From positions 186,001-250,000 of the forward strand of contig DF236976.1 in assembly GCA_000708835.1 (NCBI GenBank): 64,000 nucleotides of DNA, in the 5' to 3' direction. This document shows positions 34,967 to 47,702 of this stretch, piece by piece. The notes under the pieces were generated by a model. It did not search any database and was not told the DNA's origin. It worked only from the letters and a program-made list of their open reading frames with translations. Within the stretch, counting starts at the first letter, position 1; each line of letters begins with the position of its first letter. The stretch is from Klebsormidium nitens. Its lineage: Eukaryota; Plantae; Klebsormidiophyceae. The position numbers were made by a program, and so were the translations under genes.

Positions 34967-35535
34967 ACATCGAGATATATTTGACGCCTTTGTGACACAA
35001 TTATTTGCAACCAGATGGGCATTCTTCATTGACCCAGGCCTAAGTTTCATTACACTATTATACCTTGATCGACCTTTCCAAGCTGTCGTAAGTAGAGAGT
35101 GCATGGTTAATCAAGCCACGAGCGGCCGCCCCGTTGGTTTTGAAGCGGGTTTGGAGCAAGTATTCCAGAAGCGGCGCCGCTTCAGGGACTACCCGTCGAC
35201 TTCGAGCACACACCGAACGTCATGCATCTATCTACATTTGTCTGCAAGCTTAAGGACATGAAATCAGGACCTGTTTGACTGTGCCTTTCTTAGTTGACTG
35301 AGCGACTCTAATGACGCTTATTAAGACGTGATCAATCCTCGAGTTCGGTGCCTTTCCCCTTTCTAAAATGGTATCTTCGAATCTCAGCACAGACTCCCCG
35401 ATTGCAGGAGATTCATGGTGCGTAAGATTACCTGGAGATAAGAACTTCTTCTTGACAACGGCAACAGGTTTGCTAGCACGAGCTCCTGACACTCACAGCT
35501 ACTCGCACCTCTTCCGTTCTAAGCCACGGGACTTT

Positions 35536-37810
35536 TTAAGCACCCCCTAGAATACCCTCCAAAGCCAGAAAGAGGCGCTGTTGGCAGTCTGGTTCTAAGA
35601 GGGAAACGTTTACTTGATTCACGTTTGCTAGAAGACCGCGTCCACTACCTGGCAAGAGGAGAGGAAATTCGCAATTTTTTGGGCGGATAAACTAAATTTG
35701 GTCAATACGTCCAATTCGTCGAAATGCACACAGGTTCAAACTTACTGTTGTGAAGATTATGGTCAAAATACTCCGGAAGCCCCGCCAAACAAATCAATTT
35801 GCCATGCAGGACAACGAGGAGATGTACCCGCCTCAACAGCAACTGAAAGCTGGTAAGAAAAAAGCACACCAAGAGAAGCAAATACCGTAAAGCGAAGCTG
35901 TATGGACGGATTCCGAAACCTTAATCTTAGATTTATCACAAGTTGCATTGCACGGAAACTTGAAATCTCGTCAACGCACTTGCAAGCTGGTGACTTCAAT
36001 CAAGCATCACGCGGGGACCTTCACGAGAGCGTAATCACAAATGGATGAGCTTTGCTTATGAACAAACTTCGAAGCCAGTGACAGCCCTGCCTGCAGCTTT
36101 TCTGATTCTGAGATCATAAAAACTTTAGACGACACCATGGATAACTCATCGCGTCGCCCACTGGGGGCCTCAAACAGCTTTAGTTTCTAGAAGGAGTCAG
36201 CCAGTCACAGTGAGTCGCGAGGGCCCATGATTGGCGGGCTTCTTTGAAGTATGCCAGCTGCTTGAAACGACAATCAAGAAAAACGTGAACACGAAACAAG
36301 CTTCCCTTCTGCTTCTTCGAATCTGGGAATCTACAATCTATGCACGCTGCCTACAAAGGAGCTTTCTTGGAGAATCTTCGGAAAGCTTCTCACTAAGTTC
36401 CCACGATAAGCAGGTATTCAACACACATGAAAATCGCTGTGTAGCAAACCTACCTGCTGGCAGTCCACTGACGCCTCCGTTGGATCGGCTGACGTTGACA
36501 ATGACGCACTGGCTTGCCTTCAGACGGTTCGGTGTTGCGAACACTTTGTACCTACATTCGGTGGAGCAAACCCTGAACGTGAATCCAATGAAATCCTGGA
36601 TTTGCTTGCTTGCTGAAGAGCGAAGCCCATTATCATGTATTCATGCATTTGATGCCTTCAGGCCCGGGCTAGTTTGAACGGCCTTGTGGACTGGCAGCTT
36701 GTAGTGTGCACCATTTACCAACAGACCTCTTGCCTGTTCGCCCCTCCTCGTACCTCCAAAGGAGAACGCAAAGGGCAGAACTTTTCACCATCTTTTTCAA
36801 GGTCTGGCACCAGTCTGGTTCTGTAGGCATGATTCCATGGATCTTTAAGTTACCTTGGTTCTGACACAGTCAGTGGAAGCTTAAATCTATGAAAGCTCGG
36901 TCCGGTTCCAGACTCACTCAGCTCTATGATAAATGGCTCTGTTGGCCTCATGAGAAGGAGACATCGTTTGCTCTTCAGTCTCTCCTGCCCGTTTTATAGC
37001 CTCTTGAAAGCCAAACGCCACCAATCATTTTCAGAGCCTGAGAGCGACAAGGGAAAGCTTGATGGATTGCATTTGACTATCTTCATAGCATCTGCTCGAC
37101 TAGCTTTGTGAGCACTCATCCAGCTCACCAATTTTCAAGCTGCTTCTCTTGCTCTTCCAAAGATGCCTCAGCATTCCGCACCAGGATCAGTCCGTGTGCC
37201 CCTCTCTGCAGTGCTGGCCAGCAGGGCTGGAACTCGGAATCCCCGCTGCAGTCCCACAACTGAATAGAGAAGCGCTTCTTGCCAAGCGACCGGTCAAGCT
37301 CCTGCATGAAACATTCAAACTATTTATCACACATTTCGAGCTCCAGGATTTAGACCTGAAGAATGGAACGAATTGTCTTAATTGTGAGGGGAAGCGCGTA
37401 CATCGGGTAATGAGCATTTGTCATGGAGATCCATACCAAGTCTATACCACCACTAAAAACGACAGCTCAAAATCTGTGCCAGGGCTTGCCACGCCATGCC
37501 AAGAATTTTTGATTGTTCACCTGAAGTTGCGCATGCTTAAAGGAATATTGATTCCTAGAGCTTTTTCCATCTCATGAGCTCAACAGCCTCTAGCTCACTG
37601 TTGCACACTATGCAGTGTGGTTGAGAAAAAGCTTGTGCGGCCAATTGGATGGCTTCAGAGGTACTGCTGCCTGCTGACCTGGATCCTCAGAGCCTGCGTT
37701 GCAACATATGGTGCCCCTGCACTGGTGTCCCAGTCAGCAAGGAGTCTGGCGATGGCAGTCTTTCCTACTCCTGGCGGCCCGACCACGCATATTTTAGTTG
37801 CAGATTCCAT
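35536..37810 (-). CDS. IFT22: Intraflagellar transport protein 22 (RABL5), Rab-like GTPase
   Basis: Exons 37810-37679 (MESATKICVVGPPGVGKTAIARLL, P-loop), 37301-37129 (FSIQLWDCSGDSEFQPCWPALQRGAHGLILV...EQEKQLENW) and 36551-36454 (YKVFATPNRLKASQCVIV). WDCSGD, CWPA and the L-E-x-W-Y pattern are IFT22 hallmarks. The last exon (35648-35536) is tentative. Confidence 0.85.
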
Positions 37811-38102
37811 CCTAAGAGCTCACCAGTCCGAAACACAAGAGGTCTAGTCAATTTGTTTTTGTGTTGGGGTGAAGCGCAAGGGAGCACCCGAGGACTATGA
37901 AACTGCAACAAACAAATGGTGCATGTTAAGTAGCTTCTGCCACAACAAATAGCACGGATGCTTCCAGCTTTCCGCTAGCTTGAAATGGCGGCAAACGTGT
38001 GCACTGTGGCATGGAAAGAGTGAGGAACGTCCAGCTACAAGTAGCTCAAGAAGCGCAAGAGATCCTGGAACACAACAAGCTGCGCACCTACAGTAAATAG
38101 CT

Positions 38103-38305
38103 GTACCTTAGCCTGCTTAGGTACTGTCAACATCAGGTACTGTTCTACCGTACTTCCTGGAACTAATCATTGAATGTGTCCAGCTAGACTAAGATGGCAC
38201 GGAGCCGTCGATGAGTGGCATTTCTTGGCAAATGGACGTCCATAAGGGTACTTAAAATTGTGCGCGCGTAGCCTATTTGCAGATGGCAGCACCTGTGTAC
38301 CGTAC
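38103..38305. promoter_or_regulatory. GTAC-core cluster in the shared IFT22/DNAI7 upstream region
   Basis: Seven GTAC tetramers at 38103, 38121, 38137, 38150, 38248, 38297 and 38302. Regulatory function is inferred only. Confidence 0.4.
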
Positions 38306-38696
38306 CAGCTTTATGCGTCACAGCCTTGGGAATAAAGATGACTGAATCCTTAGCTTTTGGTTATCTGCCGCAAAGCAAGCTGACCTGAGTTCAGGCCGAG
38401 ACAGACGCCTTCTTCTTTGTTAAACGAGCTCAAGTTGGACACCTGAAGAATAGAAAAGAGAGCTCACGTGGGCGCCACTCTATAGAGCTTGAGAGATTGT
38501 GGACCTTCTTTGATATACTATTATCTGCTAAACAGCTCTCAGATTGACGGGCCTGTATCGAGGCGAAGAACTCAAAAGAAGAGCTTAGCTGCTTGACAGC
38601 TTGTGCCTAGCCTGACATCAGAGTTCGACACTCAAGGGTGCCAACGAGACCGGCAATTTGCTGAAGTGCGACGGGCAATCCTTCAAGTGTTCAAAC

Positions 38697-41600
38697 ATGG
38701 TAGGTCATCTTCTTGAAACAGATGTGAAGTGTCTCGAGGCTCCTTTTTCTGAAGTAGAACTGGGTGTTGTGTGTGGTTGAAGCTTGCAGTCTGATGCCAT
38801 CTCAGAAGTGGCTGAAAATGGTTTCTCAAAACTTGCATGCCAAAACAATCTTCTGATTGAAGATGTGAAGAAGATGTGTAAGCATCTTTCAAATGGAGCC
38901 TTTCATCCAATGAGCGGCCATTATTATGGTATGAAACTACTGAGAGATAAATGCAGTTAATATGAAGGACCCCACTGAGGTGAGGACGTACAATATTTAA
39001 AATCTTTCTGATGCACATACCATCGGGTGCGCGGACCGCTTACCATCCCATGAACTTTGCTGTACAGCCTCCCAAAAAGAATGATCCCAACTCCCCAAAG
39101 AAGAAGAGCAAAAAGGAGAGAGAGGCAGAGAAGAAAGCTGAGCAAGGTGAGAGGCTGCCCGATTCTTTCCTTGTAATCTTTATGCTGAACATCGTCTGCC
39201 ACCTCCCCTATCTCAGCTCCTTAGAAGTTGCTAGAGCCAAGCAGTCATCCAATCTTTTCAACCTGTCCAAACTGGCGCATGATGGTGGTGGTTCAGGACC
39301 AGGTGTCCGATCATAGAGTGAGGTATTTGCTGTTCTGCATGGTCTCGAGCCCGCATCAGGTTGTCCAACTTTTTAAGGAGGCAATGACGGAGCACCCTGT
39401 AAGCATTGCAATGAAAAGTTCCGTAGGAGCAATTGCGCAGGGTAAAGTATGTGGATAAGCAACCGTTGCGTGTCTTAGCCGCTCGGCAGGTCACTTTCCT
39501 ATTCATCGCTTTGGACGCGCCTGGTTGAGGGGCCTAGTGGTGGGGCGGCTGTGGCTGGGAGCGAGTTGGCTTATACGAGGGCAACGGAGGCCATAGTCTA
39601 ATAATCAAATCTTAAAAAAACAGGTGCAAGTCTTAGAGCGCCTTTCCCCAATAATTTTGACCCCGGTGACTCTTCACTGCAGAGCGCCTAGCGGAGGAGG
39701 AAAGGCTTGCAGAGATCGAGCGACTGCGGCTCGAAGAGGAGGAGCGCCAGCGGAAGGCAGAAGAGGACCTGCTCGCTCGCGAGGCAGAGGCGGCGCGGCT
39801 GGCGGTGGAAGCGGAACGGATTGGCAAAGAGAGGGAAGGGCTGGAAGGCCTCTGGAAGAGGCGAGAGCACAACCTGGAAACGCTGGAGCGCAAAGCACGG
39901 GAGGTGGCGGAAGTAAGCGTTAAAAGCAGTTGTATAACATCGGCTCTTTGACTTCTTTTTCGAAGAGAGTGAGGGCTAATAGGAGAGGCTGTTTTGGCGA
40001 AAACGACACTTCCTAAGTGTTCTTGGGACGTTCGTCTGTTCTGAGGGTTCCGGGTCCACTGTTGTGGGAGAAGTAAGGACCTTCCTTGCACATCGGCGTT
40101 CGTTTTCAACAAATCTGAATCATGCACCTTCGCAAAAAAGGTTTCAGCAATCTGGCGTGTTCCCTTCAAATTTGAACGTGACACGATTTGTCAGTGGTGG
40201 TAGAAAGGGGAGGTGTGGGCCTGTGCAGTGGGAGCGCTACCTGGCATGCAGCTCCTTACCAGACCCCAGGAAAGAGGCGGAGGTGAATGAGTACATTGCG
40301 GAGATAAGCAAACACCCGGATGAGGAAACCGACTTGCAATCTGCGCTGCGAAGCTGCGGAGAGATAGAAAAGGTGAGTAGGGCTGGCGCTCTTAATGGTC
40401 GGATCAATAATAGGGACCTTGCGTCAGCACTTTGACTGAAAGGAAGTGCCCTAGGTGTGCGAGGATTCGCTCTTGAATAACATCAGGGTCAAGCGTCCTT
40501 GCCCGCCAGGATGCTTGCTTTGATTTAAAAGCGCGAAGACCGTGCTTTTAAACGCCTCCCACACAACTTGGAAGCTTTGGCAGACCTAACTAGAGTGCTT
40601 ACCAAAAGAGCTGCTTAAGTCTGACCAAGACTCCTCACTGCAGCATGAAATCGAAGTTCAAATAGAGGGCCATGTATGACGTGTTCAGCAATCCTTCCTG
40701 GGCAGAGGATATCCAAAGCACTCGAGAAGGGTCATATCCTTAAAGCTGGCGGCTTCCAGCCGAGACGAGAGTGCACTTTCAACCATTCCTTTTGAAGTCC
40801 GCTTAGGTAGGCTCGCTGAAACTGTTTGGAAAGGAGCAGAGTCTAGTCTGAGGCCACCATTTCTGATGCAGGTGATTGCGGACGCCGAGATCTGCCAGCT
40901 GGAAGCCAGAGAGCGAGGGGAAGACGGCCACGTGGCCAGGTGAGCGGCAAGTAGTGGCGCAACCCCCTGCTTTAAAAACACTTCTTTGTACGAGCAGCAC
41001 TCAAATGAACGTGAACGAACCATGGTGGCAGAAGACTGATACTCTCCTCCGTCCGTCTTGCCTCCGGTTTAGAGGTTCGCTATCGTTTGGAGGGAAGGCA
41101 GCACTCTTAACGTCTTCGGTCTTTTGCGAACGTGGTTTTCTTACGGTTTTCAACAAGGCAGAAGGAACAAACTCAGTTAGGGGTTGACCAGAGGTTTTTG
41201 GTCCAGAATGCGTCTGTAATTCGGCCTCATCAATCGGTCCAATGGTCTCAGCTCTTCGTATGCAGATACGAGAGTGACATCTCGCGACTCCGGGGCCTGG
41301 GCAGCGCACGGCTCGATCGAGCCACTTCGGAATCACTGCAGGTACGTCGACTGTAGGGCGTCTCCTGTGAACAAACACGTCCTTTCGACAGAAAGGGAAT
41401 CGAGTCGATGTCAAGAAGGGGAGAAAGGTCTTGAACCTTAAGAGAAGAGCTGTCTAGTACTAAAGGCAAAGACGTCGATCTCCGTCTTGACAAACCATGG
41501 CTTTGCATGTTTGGCATCGGATTGCTATCAAGCCAAGTGGGTGTGAGATCTAGAACATCCAGAATATATGGCGGTCCAAGTTTCTCGTAAGGACAGAAAG

Positions 41601-44600
41601 GACGCTTCTCGTATGCTCAGCAGAACATCCTCGCGCTTTGCTGACGGAGCAAAAGCTACAATTCGCTTGTCCGAGTGCCCGAAGCTAGCCCTGAGTGCCG
41701 AAATCAAGCCGCGAACATCGTCAACTGACAGCTCGCAACATGATTCCCAGCCGTCTTTTCCTATTCCCCGCCTTTCCTGCATTCTTGATACACGTCTCTA
41801 ATTCTAAGTGATTCACCCTCGTTTACTTATCTCGCAGAGCTCGTACGCCGAGTTTGCCGCAAGCGGCGAGGCCACGTGTACGGCCAGCAGCGATTCCTCC
41901 AAGCTGGCCATCTGGGTCAACCACGCGCGCAACCCGCGCGCGCGCACCTTCGACTTCCCGGCCGTAGGGTTTACAATGGAGCTGCCCAAACCGCTCGCCC
42001 TGGCAAACGTCGCGGTGCGGTTGCTGCAAAAGGAGGCGGATCCGGGGCTGCGGTCGAGGAACGAGTTCTCGAATCTGGCAAGCAATAGAATAGCTTTTTG
42101 CACACGCGATGCTTTTGATGTGAGCTGTCTAAGTCGAAGAGTGCACTGATTCCTCGACCTTAGTAGTGATGAGGGCAACTGCATGCTCGAGGGTGTAAGG
42201 AAGGATCTGGCGGCTCATTGACGGGCTTTGCAGTGTTCTGTATGACCTGAATCGACACTTACCTTAGCATAGGATGTTTTTCGGAGTGGGCCAAACACCC
42301 AAGTCGTCATTGTTAGACAGCAGATCTCAAATTGGACTCGGGGCAGGACGCTGATCCACAGATTGAAGAGTGATATCCTCGCAGGGCGCTGGGTTGGTCA
42401 TGCCATCTCAATGTTGGCAGCCAGAATGGATTTTCAAAAGCCTGCCTGAAACTTTGTTCGTTGCTCTGCAGGGGGGCACCTTCAGCATTGACGTCTTGGC
42501 GGTTCCCCCGGCCCCCAAGCAAGTCAAGGGATGGACACTGAAGCACGGTGAGCATCCGCCGCGCTTGCACCCGCGATATGAAGCAAACAACTTCACGGCG
42601 TCCCGCCTCCCGCATAATTTTAGTTGTTTGTTCAAGTGATCTTCTGACTTTTTGATGATCAGAACCTGGATTGAGAAGTAGAGTGGCATTTAGTCTCGTT
42701 GTTAACATTGGTTTATTCGCTCCATCTTGCTGGCTCAATCGAACCGCTGCGTCTTTCCACATGAACTGCCGCTGCTTATGAGGTGCCATGGAATGTGGCA
42801 CGATAGTCCATAAAACTCATATCAAAGATCATGATTGTTTGCACCGGTAAGGCAATCTGCAGTTATCGTGTTTCAACCCCTCAACGGCAACATCCTGTTT
42901 GTGGGGATTGTGGAGAGAAACGATTGCGTACGGAACACTGCCTGCTGGGATTTCGTAGAGAAGCACCACACCAAATTAAGAAATGGTGCAGCAGGTCCTT
43001 CCGTTTCCGTTTGAGCAATCCGGTGCTAATACGCGCCTATTCTGGGTTGGGCATGTCGGACTGTCCCGGCTGATCATTCTCCACTCGCATTATCTGGCAG
43101 TGACGCCATTGTCGACGTCAGTGAGCCGGCTGCCCTACCCACTTGTGACACCTGGCGGCGACATGTCGGGCACGATGGCCACCGCCCCTCCCATGGGCGT
43201 CTCGCTCGTGCTCGCGCACAATGTTGTACCGAGCGGGACCGCGGTGCAAGTGGGCTGGTGGGACCAGGTACGGACCGAAAAACTGCGTATAAGTGGCCGC
43301 TCCCGTTGTCCGTGGTGGTCAAGACGGAGGAAGTGACGCAACAGGCTGTAGCAGATGCACTCTGGCAGATGGATTCGTAATATCTGCAAGTCGGAGTTTT
43401 TGGCGGATCGGAACAGGCCCTCCCTTGCGGTGTAGTGTTTTGAGTCTCGTCAAAGATAATCCTCGAAGAAGATATCTGCTGATTGCTGGCTTCATCACAC
43501 TTTCTCTGAGGAGCATTGCAGCCATCGTAGGCTCGTGGATCACTGTTCTCACTTCTTCTTTCGCCCGAATAGTTAGCCCAATTCGACTATATCTTCGAGG
43601 GATCCTCGTAAATGCAAATACAGCACGACAAACAATGACACTGCGTGTGGATATTTCGAGACTTTGCAAAACCCCGTCCGCAGGAGGAGCAGTGCTGGCA
43701 AACTGACGGCGTTTCGGAGGTCAGCTACGACGGAGCGACCCGCCGGCTGTCCTTCCAGACGACCAAGCTGAAAACCCTGGCCGTGCTTCAGGTAAGAGGG
43801 CTTGTATCTTGGAGCAAGACAGATGCTTGGAGTCTGTTGATGTCGCGGCGACAAACGTTGGCAGACAAAAGTGCTACTGATCTAGGCCTAACGGCGTGCC
43901 TTTGGCCACTGAGTGCGGGCCGTCTAGAGAACGGAGTCAACAGCTCTGCTTTGCCGCCCCCTTTCAATATTATCCAACGCCTTGATTCAGAGGAGAAAGG
44001 TCGCTTATTGCTTATTACCCTTCCCGTCAAGCGTCTCGCCAAAGAGTCTTGAAGCCTCTTGGTACGATGTTCTTCCTCTTTCTTTCCCCTCCCTCTTTCC
44101 CTGCACCCTTCAAAGTACTCGGCAAGAAGTTCTTTCTCTTTTTGTCCGCAACCGTCCGATTCCTCTGGTGCAAAAACATTTTTCTATTTTGCCCCCAGGA
44201 CCGTCTCCGCCTGTTTCCGTACCAGAGCTGGACCGTCCGCCCGACGTCCGAAGCGTCCGCGGTGCTCACCCTCCAGACCGCGTCCCTGGTCGTCGAGATC
44301 GAGATCGGCGACGGCACGTGCCGCTGGGTTTCGCCAAACCTCCCCGAGGTTTCGGACCTGGTGGGCGTCGCGATGCGGCCGCGCGAGCTGCTGTGCCGCG
44401 CGAGCCGACGCGGCATCCACCTGGCGCCGGAGGACGGGGAGGCGCTGCTCATGGGGCGGGAGGTCAAGGTGAGAGCGGAAGTGGCGTCGTTTTTCTCTTT
44501 GCAAACACGCTTCTTGTGCTCGGATTGAATCAGCACAGTGCAGACCCCGTTTCGCGATGAAGTGTTGGTGCGCAGGCGAGTGGAGGAAACTACTTGTGTA

Positions 44601-46631
44601 AAGATTCTCTTCTTCGCGGCCTTTTTTTTTTGCGTTTCTCCGCGTGGTGAGAGCGAAGAAACGCGTTTGGGATTCCGTGCAAAACATCTTTCATACTGGA
44701 TCGCTCCTGAACAGTACTGAGCCTGGGTCAATGGCTGTTGTTGAGGTAAATCTGAGAGCAAAGTGGTGCCATATTTGTCTGCGAACAGGATTTCTATGGT
44801 CGGATCCGAACCAGCGGTACAGAGCCCGTTTCCTAACGGGACGTCAGGAGCGGTGGCCAGGCGAGCGGAGGAAATCCCCTGTGTCTGAACTTCCTCCCCT
44901 CAGGACCTTTCCCTTTGCGTTTCCCCTGAAATTTTCACCGTACAGGCGGGTCTGTGAGGTGACAGCAAAAAGCCCGTCGCTTGTCACTGCTTCCCTTATT
45001 GGAGGTTTTTAGAAAGCCTTTAAAGATCTTTCACTTTGAAGGAAGTCCTGAATTTTGTCGCAAAAGCTCAGGTGACGCGAGCTGCTTCCAATCAAGTTCG
45101 CGCGTTCACCTCACTGGCTTTTGCCGGCGCCGCGGAAAATCAGAGTAACACCTCGACGCGGCGTTTCTTGCTCTATCTCTAACCTGATTCTCACCTGTTT
45201 CTCACCGCTGCTTCCAGGAGCACTCTGGTCTTTCCCGGCGCCGTTCCAATTCAGACCAACATCTCGAACACTTTTTTTACTCGACTATCTACCAAAGATC
45301 ACCTGTTTTTTCACTGCTGCTTCCAGGACCCTCTGGTGGAGTCTTCTCTGTGCGCGGACATGGCTCCGTTTGCGGTCGCGTGCACTCTCGGCAGCAGCCG
45401 ATGGAACTCCGCCCCGGGGCCGCAGGCGTGTGTGTTACGACTCTTGGAGGTCAACGAGTACAAGTTCCCCTTCAATATCGACAAGGTGGGCTTTTGCCCT
45501 GCTTCCAAACCAGCATCCGATTGTTGTTTCTTCCTCAAACTGTCTTCTTCGTGACCTCGGCTCCTCGTCTTTGTTTTTGCTGGTATCAGATCCGGGGAGC
45601 TGAACGGTGCAACACAACGCCTACAGGGAAGGCAAAAGATTCGATCTCACGAATGTCTGGAGTCTGAAAAGTCGACGACGATCTTTCAGTACTAGGATGG
45701 GTTCAAGTCTTCGAAGGTGGCAGAGAAATGATTGGATTCAGATCACTCTCAGCTTTCGCTCGTCCGGCCCCAAGCTGCTAGCAAGCATGCATGGCAAGAA
45801 TGGTATGCCTTCCATTACACGAAGATTTCTGCGACGGTAGCATCCGAAGCCGGCCGTTGCAAACGATCCATGAGAATCCCCAGTTGAACGCTTTCTCCCA
45901 GAGAGACTCCTGCTTTCTGTCGTTCTGATTCATGGGCGCGCCTGTTGGACGTAAGACCATGAAGACATGCGCACTCCTCATTTGTTCCTTGTGTGTTGTG
46001 TCCGCAGAGCCAGGACGTACGGACGATTCTCCACCGGGCCAAGGGCAACGCTCTACTGACAGACCTGGACGAGAGATCACCCGAGTTCCGGGAAGGGCCG
46101 CCCAGCGAGGTAAGGCCGCAAACCCCAGCCCTGCGAAACCCGCGCTTTTCTGGATTCCGAGAGCTTAAGGAGTGGGGCGCTTCAGTGGCCCTGACTGGAA
46201 CCGGCTACAGTGCTTGTTTTGTAGCAAACCAAGCACGCAATGCGCGTCTTGACGTGCAGATCGGAACGGGTCAGACTGGGTTCCTTTCCCTGTAAAAGGA
46301 ATCTCGTCGTTTCAACAGTGTTCCTGCCGAACTCTGTTTTGGTGATTGGCCGTGTGAGTAGCGCCCTTGCAAAGCACGACGCCTGTTCCGCTTCTCTTTC
46401 CTCCCCATTTCCCCACTAAGCTTGACGGCCGTCCTTGTTTCCAACTTTGGATGAACGGATCTGAGTCTGACCATCTCACCGCAGGTCGAATACCATGCCA
46501 GCCTACTGGTCACCCTAAGGAGTCACCTGAGTGAGGACGCCGTTCGCCGTGTGGAGAAAGGAGCGCCGCTTTTCACGAAGACCGTGGAGCGACTCTGCAC
46601 GGCAATGCGGTTGCTGAGCTTCGCGCAATGA
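38697..46631 (+). CDS. DNAI7: Dynein axonemal intermediate chain 7 / CASC1 (FAP94-like)
   Basis: ATG-only first coding exon (38697-38699), then PPKK...KKSKKERE, an E/R-rich coiled coil, WERYLACSSLPDP..EVNEY (Casc1_N), IWVNHARNPR...LPKPLALANVAVR, GGTFSIDVLAVPPAPKQVKGWTL, GWWD, FPYQSW, and C-terminal FTKTVERLCTAMRLLSFAQ* (TGA 46629-46631). About 12-13 phase-consistent exons. Confidence 0.88.
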
Positions 46632-47702
46632 GTGTGCATACGAGTACAACCCAAGGTCCAGATTATAGCGATTGCCCTTTCAAGTGGAAAGAAGTGTGCA
46701 AGCTTGATCGCGCCCTACTCAAAGGCAACAAAGCCGTGACAATGAGCAACGTCTTATGAGTGGCACTAGCTGCTTGTGACGCGGCCGCGTCGAAAGAAGC
46801 ATGTAATCACGTGCTATGTCGCTTGCCTCTCGAAAGCCAGCCGTGTGCAATCACGCCCTTCGAAGTACGAGCTTTGTTGCACCACCACCAAGCTATGTTA
46901 ACCAGTTTGCGAATACTCGGTATATTGCAACCAATGATTGCATACGTGCTTTCGTGGTAAAGGTCGGTCGCGCGTAAGCTCTTATCTTATAGTATTTCAC
47001 AATATGTTTGCAATTATATTGTGAACTACTATAATAACCGGTTTTATACCCTAGGTTTATACAAACATGATTTTTTGCAGGAGGCCGGCATTTGCATACC
47101 AGTGAACTTCATATACGATATTCGAGTCGTAGCTCAAAACACAGCTAGCTATGTGTTCCATGCCAGCAAGCTTGCGCGTGTTGGCACCGTTTGATCTGGT
47201 CGCCGCCATCATTACATGCAGAATTTTGCTCACTGCCCACTTTTAAGTTGTATTCGAATGAAGCAGCATGCAGGGTGCACGCATATGGGGGTGAGTTTTA
47301 AATGGAAAAGAATCTGTGAATAGAGGCGATGGTATATATTGGGATGCCAAGCTGTGGCCCCGCAGACTGATTCAAAGGAACTGATTCAAAGCCGTTGTGG
47401 ACGCAACGCCGATATAAACCCATCATGTCATGGGAATCATGGTTCACCTACCCGGACTAGCAGGCTTGCACTTGATCGAGCACGAAATTCAGTACGTGAT
47501 TTACCTATGCTCGGCTTACTTATAAAGTATGCTAAGGATCAGCAATACAAATACCTCCGGGTTCCGAAGTCTCCACTTCCAAATGTAGACATGCTACGAA
47601 CTCGCAGCAACTTTTTTGCTTCCCCAACCATATTGGGAGAAACAAAGCACGACATAAGCATTGGCCGTAGGATTCTTCGGTTGGTCCTTTTTATGATGCG
47701 TG

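Noticed and set aside
46640-47700. AT-richer spacer between DNAI7 and the CGL160-like gene
   Set aside because: Consistent with ordinary convergent 3' UTR/terminator regions; no structure that can be supported.
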